This document shows positions 13,571-24,109 of a DNA stretch of 64,000 nt, one piece after another. The translations under genes were made by a program, and so were the position numbers. The first letter of the stretch is position 1, and every line of letters begins with the position of its first letter. The stretch lies in NCBI RefSeq assembly GCF_009914755.1, contig NC_060929.1; one strand, written 5' to 3'. The stretch comes from the human T2T-CHM13v2.0 reference genome, Homo sapiens. The notes under the pieces are model-generated. The model was not told the origin of the DNA and made no database searches. It saw nothing but the letters and a program-made list of their open reading frames with translations.

Positions 13571-15273
13571 TGACAGGTAGCTTAATGTTACTCCATACAT
13601 TTCATATAAACTCACTTTCACTTATTTATGTCACGAGTGCATTTACGTATTTATGTATAAACAAATGTACATTGAATAAAATTTTGGCTATATACAAATA
13701 CGTGTGTGTGTATGTATGTGTGCATTGTAACTAATTTATTTTTATTTTCATTTAACTTAATGCTTTGTGAACACTCTTCCATAACACTAAAAATTAAAAT
13801 ACTTGGACTTTAGTGGATGCATGAATGTTGCTATAGCTTGTAGAATATTTAAGTTCTTTGCAATTTTAACTCTTATAAATGTTCATTGTGTTCAGTTTGG
13901 GCTCTCAGAAATATAACTTTACTAAAAATAGTAAGTTAAAGATAATGTATACTTACACAATTATATTTAATCATTCCTTATCATAAGAGTAATTGTTAGA
14001 ATTAGTATCACCTAATTTAGACCTTTTTTCCAGACCTTTGCACCCTATTTCCTAAATTGTTTACAGAAAGTTTATATTAAATTACATTCACCTTAGGAGT
14101 GAATTAGAGTCCCCATTTCTCTATCTTCTTCTCCACCCAAGCATACCTTCTCTATATTTTAATCCTGAAAACATGTTCCTCCTGACACACAAAAGGTGAT
14201 ACTAGGTAAAATCAAATCAATAATCCTGAAGTTTTGTATTTGAGTTAATGGTCCTCAAAAAGCATGTGATATTACTACAAATATATTTACAAACCTGAAA
14301 ATAGTATATTTTTGTATCTGTTGGGAAATGTTTAATTTTAGAAACATAGTTTCTTTTGAGACTTTTCTTATTAATACTAGCAGTATTTGAACAATGCCTT
14401 CTGTAGCTTCTGTCTCTTCCATCTCACTTTTTTTAAAGTGCCATACACTATTTCTAACAGCAAGATGTAGTTCCTAATGGGCTATAGAATGTGAATCATA
14501 CATCGATAGTCATATTATATATTAAAATATTTATGCAACTTATTTTTTCAGCACTGATAGCTGTACACACTTTGGAAATGACTCCTGGACAGATCCACTG
14601 TGAAGAGTGTGTGTGTTTTGACAATCACTTTGCTACAGAGTGGAAAACAGGTCTGCCTATAAGGAGCTGCCTATCAGAGAATTTTAATTCTCTTAGGATA
14701 AAAGATACTAGTACACCTAGAGGAAAATTGCTACTATGGTTTTCAAGGCAGTTACAGTAGATAGCGTGTCCTAAACTGCTCCAGTATATTACTGCCTCTT
14801 GCTTTATTTCTTCTCAATGTATGCAAACCTCCTGTTTGAAAGAAGTATGTCATTTACAGCCACGGATATTTTTCATCTGACGTAAATTGCCACATTTTAA
14901 ATTTTAAGACATCCGTTAGTTGCCAGTACTTCAAAAGGGTGCTCTGTTGTGATCACCACACACTGACCTCTCCTGGTCTTTATGGCACACAGAGAGATGG
15001 GCAATTATGGGAAATTAAATATGTAAAGTTTCTTCTGACTTAGTTAACCAGGGCAAGAAGACTCATGATTTTTATTCCACAGGTATCTTTTATCTAATGC
15101 AGAAAAGAATAATATCAGAAACATTGAAACATTAAACTGTTTTGAAGGGATGAAGGAACCAGACATTGGAAGGTCTTTAAAGATCATGTAATCTAACCCT
15201 TTTAGAATGAATGAGAAGATGAGGGCCTGTGAGGTTGCACGCATGCCTGCGGTGGAAGAAAAGAGCGAATGAC

Positions 15274-15569
15274 CACCGGGTGCACTGGCTCACACCTGTA
15301 ATCCCAACATTTTGGGAGGCCAAGGTGGGCGGATCACCTGAGGTCAGCAGTTTGGGACCAGCCTGGCCAACATGGTGAAACCTTGTCTCTACTAAAAATA
15401 CAAAAATTAGCTGGGTGTGGTGGCGGGCACCTGTAATCCCAGTTACTCGGGAAGCTGAGGTAGAAGAATTGCTTGAATCCTGGAGGAGAGTTTGCAGTGA
15501 GCTGAGATCATGCCACCACACTCCAGCCTGGGCGACAGAGAGAGACTCCATCTCAACGACAACAAAAAA
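15274..15569 (+). mobile_element. AluSx-like
   Basis: ggatcacctgaggtcag...gcctggccaacatggtgaaacc; full dimer. Confidence 0.93.
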
Positions 15570-16027
15570 TGTGTATGAACAATTGTTTCCTTCTTTAGAA
15601 AATCATCATTCCCGTTAGAAAGTTCTTTTGTAAGTATTTTAATTGTTTTTCCTTCCTTTTGTGATTTCTTCAGCTTCTTTTTAAATGTATTGATATGAAA
15701 TCTTCCTTCAACTGATATGTCTGTTGCCTTATAAGTTTGGCGCCCTTTCTCTAAAACTGTGTGAGGTAATGTACAGGAATAAAAAAGGATTTTTCACAAT
15801 TTCTGAACAACCAGATAAGAGGTTAATATTTTCTACTTCATTTGTTTTTACCATTTGCCTTTTGTATACAAAAGGATGAGAATCACATGGAAAATGGAAC
15901 TTTAAAATAAATAAATAAATAAAGAAACAAAATGCTTCTATTACCCTACGGAAAAAATCTACGTAGGTAATTATACTCTAACACTCTTCATAGGAGAGTG
16001 AACTCACAATAAAACAATTTCTGTTAG

Positions 16028-16262
16028 CCCTAGGCTATAAAAAATAATTTCTAGGCATTCTGATTTTCATGAATAAGTAGCTGAATGCTCTGTCAGAGGA
16101 GCATACATATATTCGGTAAAAATGGTTGATTTATTTTTACTGATTGAATCATTGCCTGAATGAATCATTTTTACTGAATATTTGTATGCTCCTATGATAG
16201 AGTATTCAGCTACTTATTCATGAAAATCCAAACACCTAGAAATTATTCTTGATTGCCTAGGG
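16028..16262. repeat. Long inverted repeat: 100-bp arms, 35-bp spacer
   Basis: 16028-16127 is the ungapped reverse complement of 16163-16262 with ~13 mismatches (hand alignment). Confidence 0.95.
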
Positions 16263-16274
16263 ATAAAGGTGATT

Positions 16275-16667
16275 GAAAATATGGTACCTATACACATCAT
16301 GGAATACTATGCAACCATAAATGAGAACTAGATCATGTCCTTTGCAGGGATGTAGATGGAACTGGAGGCCATTATCCTTAGCAAACTAACCCAGGAACAG
16401 AAAACCAAACACTGCATGTTCTTACTTGCAAGTGGGAGCTAAGTGATGACAGCACATGGACACATAAAGGGGAACAAAACACACTGGGCCCCTTCAGAGG
16501 GTGGAGGGTGAGAAGAGGAAGAGGATCAAGAAAAGTAACTAATGGGTACTAGGCTTAATACCTGGGTGATTAAATAATCTGTACAACAAATCCCCATGAC
16601 CCAAGTTTACCTGTGTAACAAACCTGCACTTGCACCCTTGCACTTAAAAAAAAATCTTTAAAAAAAT
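16275..16667 (+). mobile_element. 5'-truncated L1PA (PA13-like) 3' end
   Basis: catggaatactatgcaaccataa...aactaatgggtactaggcttaatacctgggtgat...aacaaacctgcac plus A-tail. Confidence 0.92.
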
Positions 16668-18293
16668 GATTAATTCAAACTTGGACAAATTTGTTGAATA
16701 AACTTAACATTGTAATTATGTTTGTGTGCACATGTGTATATGTGAATAGAAGCATGCATATTCATTTGTAGTGCACATAAATAGATAAGGCTAATGCAGA
16801 TGTGTGTTTTTAATTGACGTGGAGATAGAAAATAATGATTAGTTTTGCCTCTTCAGTAAAATGTATTGTGTATTCTTATTTGTTGTAATTTTATAATACC
16901 CTGAAGTTGCATATTTACATATGATTTTAAAGAATCATTAAAAAATAAAAATAGTTGATTTTTCTGTAATGAATCATTAAAAAACTAAACAATAGTTTAT
17001 TTTTCTTTCAACTCTTTCCAATGTAACCAATTCTTCATAATAGTTAAAATACAATCTAATGTTCAAACAGTATTTTAGTATATTACAGATAAGAAATACT
17101 TGAGGATCATATACATTTTAGCAAGAGCACAATTTCTATAAACTAACGCATTCATGTAATAATCTTATCTCGATTTTATATGAGATAAAATATTTGTTTG
17201 AAACTATAAGGGAAACCATAACGACAAAATGCAAAAATCCCCAATATTTGGGACTTCATTCCAAGACACATGCTAAAAACTACCTGTATAGTTTTACAAA
17301 TATTCCATCTGTGAAGGATAGTATATATGATCTATTCTCCAGATATTTGTTCAATCCATTTTCCTCACTGTAATTACAGAAAAATTTGTAATTTTTGCAA
17401 ACATCATGGAATATTAAAATAGAGACAGTTTTACCTAATTTTCAGCTTAGGGTTTTCAGATTGCCTATTTCTTCTTCATTTCAAAGTATTCCAGTATTGA
17501 GAAACTAATTGAGTGGAGGTATTTTCATCAACCCAGTCAGTGTAAAATGATCCCATTGCTTAACATTGGTATAAAGCCTATTAAAGTTAATGGAAGAAAG
17601 AATTACACCACTGAACTAGAGGTGATGGCAATGACTCAAATAGAGAAAAATGGGAAGAATGGGCAAGAACTGTTGCCCTTACCTAGGATTTGTTTTTATA
17701 TGACATTTTATTTGGGGAAGAAGGAAGAATGGAGGCACTATTATCTACCTAGAAGTGCATTTTGAATTGCTTGTGAGTATTTATAAACTATTTTAGTTTC
17801 TGAGTATTTTTTCCTTCGGCAATTGAATAACTGTTTGTGAACATTTTTTCTTCCTTTTATAATATAAGATCCATTTCACAGTTGTTTCTGACTTTCGCTC
17901 CTCCTATAAGATCTGTTCAGTTATTAACAATGATACAAAAATAGACGTCCTTGCCACGGTTTCAGACTAATGGTGACTAGATATAGACAATGCTGAAGCA
18001 GCTATTGTGTCTCTATCTCACCACTGCTGTTGAGTTATTTTCTTTATGTTCACTCAGGATAAAATACTCCAACTCTGTACACATCAGGATACTGTCTTAC
18101 TCCAATTCTTTAGGTTCCCTTGATATTATGAGGGTTTATTATTGTTTGTCTTAAATAATTCTTAATGTCTAAATAATTCTTAAATTCTAACTGCTTCTAT
18201 TTTTTGATATTTGGAAATTACTAACCTTGTATTTTCCATTTCTGAGCCTTCCTCACTTGAACAAGGCATGTAAGAAAATCAAACAGATGGGAA

Positions 18294-18802
18294 TATAGGA
18301 CTCAGGATTCTCCTGGTAAACAGAACCAATAGGAGATAGATAGATAGAGAGATTGATGGAGAAAGCTATCAATAGATAGATATTGTAAGAAATTGGGTCA
18401 TGTGATTATGAAAAATGAGAAATCCCAAGGTCTGTATTTGGCAAGCAGGAAATCTAAACAAGCAATTAGATACAGTACGAGTCTGAATCTGAAGGCCCAA
18501 AAACCAAGACAGCTGATGGTGTAAGTTTCAGTCTGAGTCCTAGTGCAAAGGCAGGAAAAGGGGGCTGTTCCACTTTGAAGACAGTGAGAGACTCCAAATT
18601 CTTCTTTACTCAGTATTTTTGTTCTTTTCAGGCTTTCAATGGATTGGATGAGGTGTGCCTACAAGCTGCTTTGCTCAGTCTATCAACTCAAATGATAAAC
18701 TCATCCAGAAACACCGTCACACACAAAACCAGAATAATGTATAGCCAGTTATCTGGGCTGTCCAAGGCTCAGTCAAGTTGACACAGAAAAGTAACCATAA
18801 AA
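18294..18802 (-). mobile_element. MLT2 (C/D-like) LTR, the 3' LTR of an ERVL provirus
   Basis: tcaggattctcctggtaaacagaaccaataggaga(gata)n...catccagaaacaccgtcacacac...cagtcaagttgacac. Confidence 0.9.
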
Positions 18803-19612
18803 ATTGGGAACAAGCCAATGATATCCATAATGCTGATGTAAAGTTAATACATCATATGTTACATGTAGGGGAATAAGAGAGTGAAGACAGCAAAACTATC
18901 TTGTATATATTTTCATACACAAATATACTTATAACAAAAGAAAGATGAAATATTCATGACAATTACAGTCTTCATTTCTGTAACAGGTCATGTGGTCATA
19001 ACTGATATTTAGACCTCTCTTCCACTATCCACTCTATATTTTCTTTACCTCAGCTGGTTATGTTTCTTTACCTGGTGGTAAACTACCGCCAAACTACCAT
19101 TCTTGAAGAGTCTGGGCTATTAGTAGTCCTTCTTCCTGGAATAGGTTCTTGGAATTTTTCTGACTTAATCACAAGACATGAGCAGGACATTAAGAGCCAT
19201 CCTCAAAGATTTCCTATGTTTCAGAATACTCTTCCTTGCTTCCCTTGTGGAGTAGTAGTCTAATTTCCCCACGGTGGTCAGGATCAATAACTCCAGCCAG
19301 CACTGTGACTCCCTTATATGCCTGTTGACTCAGATGCATGAGGAACCAAAGTGGCCGGGTGATGGTCATAACTTTCAGTTTAATGGAACCATTGTTGTGT
19401 GTTTTGATGGAAACATTCCTCCCTCTAGAACTAAGACACCTAGGACTGAAGAACTTAAAGTTGTAGAAACAGGAAATAAAATTTTGCTAGTGGATTGCTA
19501 TAGGTAATAATGAGTGATGCCATTCCCATTTTTACCTTTTGATTTCTTGACTCAAGAATCCTGGTTATGAGAGAAATAGTACCACATTTCAGATGATGAT
19601 TTAGAGCAATTA

Positions 19613-19926
19613 CAGTTTGCCCTCCATATCTGCAAGTTCTGCATCATCAGATTTCAACCAGCTGCCAATCAAAATTATTTTTTAAGTAAAAATACAATAA
19701 CAAATAATATTAAGTAAAAATGATACAGTATGACAACTACTTATATAACATTGACATTGTATTAGATTTTATAAGGAACCTGCAGATGATTCAGAATATC
19801 TGAGAGGATGTTCTAGGTTATATGCAATTACTACACCATTTTACGTAAGAGACTTGAACATCCTCTGATTCTGATATCCATAGGGAATCCTGGAAGTAAT
19901 TCCCTGTGGATACAGAGCAATGACTG
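19613..19926. mobile_element. MER2 (Tigger-type MITE)
   Basis: ta|cagtttgccctccatatc...gtggatacagagcaatgactg terminal inverted repeats; ERVL sequence resumes (cagccttcaggagaacc). Confidence 0.9.
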
Positions 19927-20454
19927 TCCAGCCTTCAGGAGAACCTAGTTTCCTAGGTAATAATAATTCTAGTAGTTTTCACCTGGCTTTTCTCACCATA
20001 AGAGCCCTCATCCAATAGGTCAAGGAACCAATGTGGTGACTGCCAGCTGCTGAATCTGTGTATTCCAACTCCGCATTTCCCACCTGGGGAAATAACCAAA
20101 GTTATTGAGCCCACTCTGAGATGGACCTAAGCTCAAATTCTATTAGTCGTCTAGCAGCCAGAAAGTCCTACTCTGACTGGTGGAACACAATGGTGTTTTG
20201 GTTCTCCTGGAATTAGTGTCAGTTCAGAGACAGTGTCAGTAGTTCCCAAAAGTTCTGATTATTGCCTTTTTCCAAATTTATGGTTATCCTCGTAAAGGGT
20301 TTTAGGTCTCTTTGAGAAAGGCTGAAAGAGTGAGTAACAATATGCATTTTCAGTAGTGTATCAGGTCCTTCTTCGAGAAAACCTGACTTCTTCATTCAAG
20401 GGGTTCAGGGTGTGTAAACTGACTCAAGTCTAGGATTTAATTTGGAGTCCATGA

Positions 20455-20477
20455 TTCTCTCTCTCTCTCTCTCTCTA
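20455..20477. repeat. (TC)n microsatellite
   Basis: Direct reading. Confidence 0.9.
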
Positions 20478-21075
20478 GTTTCTTTTCTTTAGTCTTTTGT
20501 GGGTGCAAATATAGGCTAAGCTTTTGTTCACTTGACCTAAAACTTTTCTGCTTACAAAGATTAAGTAAGATTTAGTAAGATTTCTGTCTATTTCACTTCT
20601 AGAAACACCACCATCAAGTAGCCAATGTCACAAGTCTGCGTAAATCAGACTATTCTGATTGCTACTTTGATCTCCTATTCAGTGTAGTCACCATGTACAC
20701 ATTGCCCTACGTGGCCCCTGCCCCCCAAGGATCCAATTACTACCACTGTATTTAGGTTTCCCAATTCAGTAACCAAATTTTTCACTGTAAGTTCTGCTCT
20801 ACAGAGAAGAGCTATCACAGAGCTTTCAAGGATACTTTCAGCCTCACCTCACAAATATATTCCTCACAGTTGTGGTGAAAGGTCTTTTGGCCCTTCCCAG
20901 TGTAGATAAATATCTCTAACTTTCAAATTCATTCCTGTACATCAAACCAAGGCAGATCCAGCATTTCTGATTTACTCACTGTGGGCCATATATGGTTTAT
21001 ATTTCAAGTAACCAAATAAATTGTCAGAGCTTTCCTGAAGCTCAAAATTGCAACATTAAATGCAGAGTCTCTGCT

Positions 21076-21730
21076 ATTGTGAATAGTGCTGTGATGATCA
21101 TACTAGTGCATGTATCCTTTTAGTAGAATGATTGCTGAGTAAAATGGTAGTTCTGTTTTAAGTTATTTGAGAAATCTCCAAACTTCTTTCCACTGTGGCT
21201 GAATTAATTTAAAATTCCACCAAGAGTGTATAACCATTCTCTTTTCTCCACAATATCTCAAACATCTGTTTTTTTTTCTTTTTGACTTTTTGATAATAGT
21301 CATTCCGACTGGTGTGAGATAGTATCTCACTGTGGTTTTGATACACCATGGAATACTATACAACCATAAAAAAGAATGAAATCATGTTCTTTGAAGCAAC
21401 ATGGATGCATCTGGAGGTCAATATCCTACGCAAACTAATGTAAGAACAGAAAACCAAATACTCATGTTCTCACTTATGAGTGAGAACTAACCACTGAGTA
21501 CATATGGAAATAAAAATGGGAAAAATAGACGCTGGGGACTTCTAGAGAGGGGACGTTGGGAAGGGGCAAGGGCTGAAAATCTACCTATTGGGTACTATGT
21601 TCACTATCTGGGTGATGGTATCATTTGTACCCCAAACCTCAGAGTCACACAATTTAGCCACATAGCAAATCTGTACATGTACCCTCTGAAACAAAATTTT
21701 TAAAAAATTAATAAAATAAATATAAATAAA
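21076..21730 (+). mobile_element. L1PA15/16-like insertion with 5' inversion (21076-21342 antisense, 21343-21730 sense)
   Basis: Orientation switch at ...gtggttttgat|acaccatggaatac; TSD taaatgcagagtctctgct (21057-21075) / taaacgcagaatctttgct (21731-21749). Confidence 0.92.
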
Positions 21731-22522
21731 TAAACGCAGAATCTTTGCTTTGTGAGCACATATCAATAATTCAGCCTGATTCAACTTTATTTTCCTTCCA
21801 CCATTTTCTCACACCCTCAATGTCTATTTCCAGACATTTTGCTTAGATTTCCGAGGAGGATGGGGTGGGTCCTGAGGAGAACTAACATTTACTTACATGG
21901 CAACTGCCTCAGGAAACATCATTATAGTTTCCTCAGGCAATGCGAGCTAATTCTTTCAGACACTGGTGAAGACGCTGTTGCCACAGGCCAGAAAGTTGTT
22001 TGCACTGGGGGTGAGGAGGCAACTTTGGTGGAGAGGCTTCTTCCACTGTCAAAGAAGTCATCAGAATTTAAGGGTTCTATATGCCAAAGTTCAGGGTCTT
22101 TCCACATATCCACATTCCAAATTTTAAAATCTCATACCTTCCCTATTAATGCCCTAACTTTAACAGCAGTTGTTGTGTAAGATGTCTACTCTAAAGGTAG
22201 GAGTTCAACTTGTTAATTCAGCCAGTCATAAGATGAGATTAAGTGTTTGATTTTCAACAATCTCAGCCCCTTTGCTACAGGATATTGGAATGTCTTTCAG
22301 GGCACACAAAGATGCCTTCAGGTCATTAATATGGCACTTAAGCAGGAAATTTAATTCCCCAAGGTCCTCCCTTTTTTTTTTAACCACTTATTCAGGCAAC
22401 ATTAGGAGCAACCAACGAATCTTGTTAGATTTATTAGTTTTCCAAAAATATTCAACAATGTCATAAACACGGTCATTTGGTTCCTTGTATCTTATTAGCG
22501 CTGGTTAAGAATATCCAATGTA

Positions 22523-22746
22523 CCAGTCCAGGCAACATGACAAAACCCCATCTCTCCTGAAAACAAACAAACAAACAAACAAACAAAAATAGCCGAGTAT
22601 GGTGATGTGTGCCTGTAGTCCCAGCTATTCAGGAAGCTGAGGAAGGAGGGTCTCTTGAACCCAGGAGATGGAGCTTGCAGTGAACTGAGATCACACCACT
22701 GTACTCTAGCCTGGGCAATAAAGTGAGATCCAGTAAAAAAAAAAAA
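22523..22746 (+). mobile_element. 5'-truncated AluJ with (AAAC)n linker
   Basis: TSD aagaatatccaatgta (22507-22522) / aagagtattcaatgta (22747-22762). Confidence 0.92.
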
Positions 22747-22920
22747 AAGAGTATTCAATGTAGATATTTTGTGTATCTCTAGTATCTCTATTGCCAGAAT
22801 GCTTCCTTCACTACTACAAATAGTTATTGGCATCTTAAAAGCCAATTATATTAGACAGCCAAATCCAGAAACCACAGAGACAATTTAAAAATCTGTACAA
22901 CCACTCTCAGCACCAAAATC

Positions 22921-22980
22921 TGTTTTAGTCAGGTTTCTGTAGAAAAACAAGGCCAATATATAATTAACCATATGTGAAGT
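22921..22980 (-). mobile_element. Stub of the MLT2 5' LTR
   Basis: tgttttagtcaggtttctgtagaaaaacaaggccaata parallels 18294-18332. Confidence 0.7.
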
Positions 22981-23370
22981 TTTAATGTATAATCTACCCA
23001 TTTAGATAAACTTTTCTTAGCCCCTGAAGCTGAATTCAGTTTTTCTCAGTTCCACAGAATGCATTTAGCTTTACTGGACAGATGTAGTGACAAGTCTAAA
23101 TTCTTCACTTCTGCCTTAAAATTGTTAATAAATAGACATATCTCATTGACCCCTAAGATAAGAAATGCTTTTGTGTTTTTTCTCTACTATTATTTTCTCA
23201 ATGAAGTGTATATTCTATATTATGAATAAAATGCAAAGCTTTAGGCTTATTTCATAAGAATGTGCTTTAACCTGGTTTTTGGTGCATCTACCCCTAAAAT
23301 ATATGTTGTGTGTTATATGTGCGTAATTCTATAAAGTGTAATTGTATAGAGTTACCTTTATGTATGTGAG

Positions 23371-23797
23371 TATGGTGGATGTTATGATTCACAGCTCAGT
23401 TCCTCCTTCAGGCTGAGGGTCTATTTCCAATGGCTGATAGGAGTATTGTTGGCAGAGAGCCCTCAGCTGTCAGCACTCTTCCAAATTAACTTGGTTAAAA
23501 AAAAGGTCACATATGCTCCCCTGGAAGCCTCCACCCTGGGACTGGCTATGAAGGACAATAAAAATATAATTTTTTGACCATACTTGGACACTTAGGAAGA
23601 TCCACTGAAACTTGAGAGCTCCCCATGTACAGCTAGTTTTTCATTGAACCTTCTTTTCACCCAAACGTCTTTCTCTAATCAGCCCTGCTTCTTTCCTTTT
23701 TCTTCCAGGGATTTGATCCTAAAAGTGTACAGTAATAAATACTCTGCCTGCTAATCTAAGTCTCAGAATCAGCTTGCAGGGAACCTAACCTCCAGTA
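23371..23797 (+). mobile_element. LTR16-family solo LTR
   Basis: cagccctgcttctttcc...gatcctaaaag...taataaatactctgcctgctaatct...tctcagaatcagcttgcagggaacctaacc. Confidence 0.75.
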
Positions 23798-23974
23798 ATG
23801 ATAGATTTATAGATGATAGGTAGCTAGACAGATTAATAGATTTACAGATAGACAACTGGATCCTTAGGTAGCAAACACAAAGTAACCGGGTTCAGTTAAT
23901 TCAGGATTCTATAAATAATAAAAATTTTCTCTCGAATTAAAATATGTACGCAATCATCTTATATTATGTAGATA

Positions 23975-24109
23975 TCAATTTGCATCCTGATTCTACCACT
24001 TACTAATTGTGCCAACTGGGAAAGTTATCCTCTGTAAATTTCAAAATTTTTATTTTACAATGGTAGTAATAATAAATCCTAATATTGTTGCTGTTAAAAA
24101 GTCAGTGAG
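23975..24109 (+). mobile_element. MIR, 5' part; the 3' part resumes at ~31437-31490
   Basis: atcctgattctaccacttactaattgtg...gggaaagtta; after the L1: gaggtaagccatggtaagcactaaa...cctggaaca. Confidence 0.7.

Larger units (their letters stand above)
18803..22920 (-). mobile_element. ERVL internal region (gag, protease, 3' end of integrase), internally deleted and interrupted
   Basis: Minus-strand protease remnant SELTLIPGEPKHHCVPPVRVG (~20165-20235); ERVL 3' text at 18950-19600; PBS/LTR junction cagcaccaaaatc|tgt at ~22910-22923. Confidence 0.85.

Noticed and set aside
21839-22180. Overlapping sense and antisense ORFs
   Set aside because: The minus frame is a decayed ERVL gag remnant; the plus frame is its shadow.
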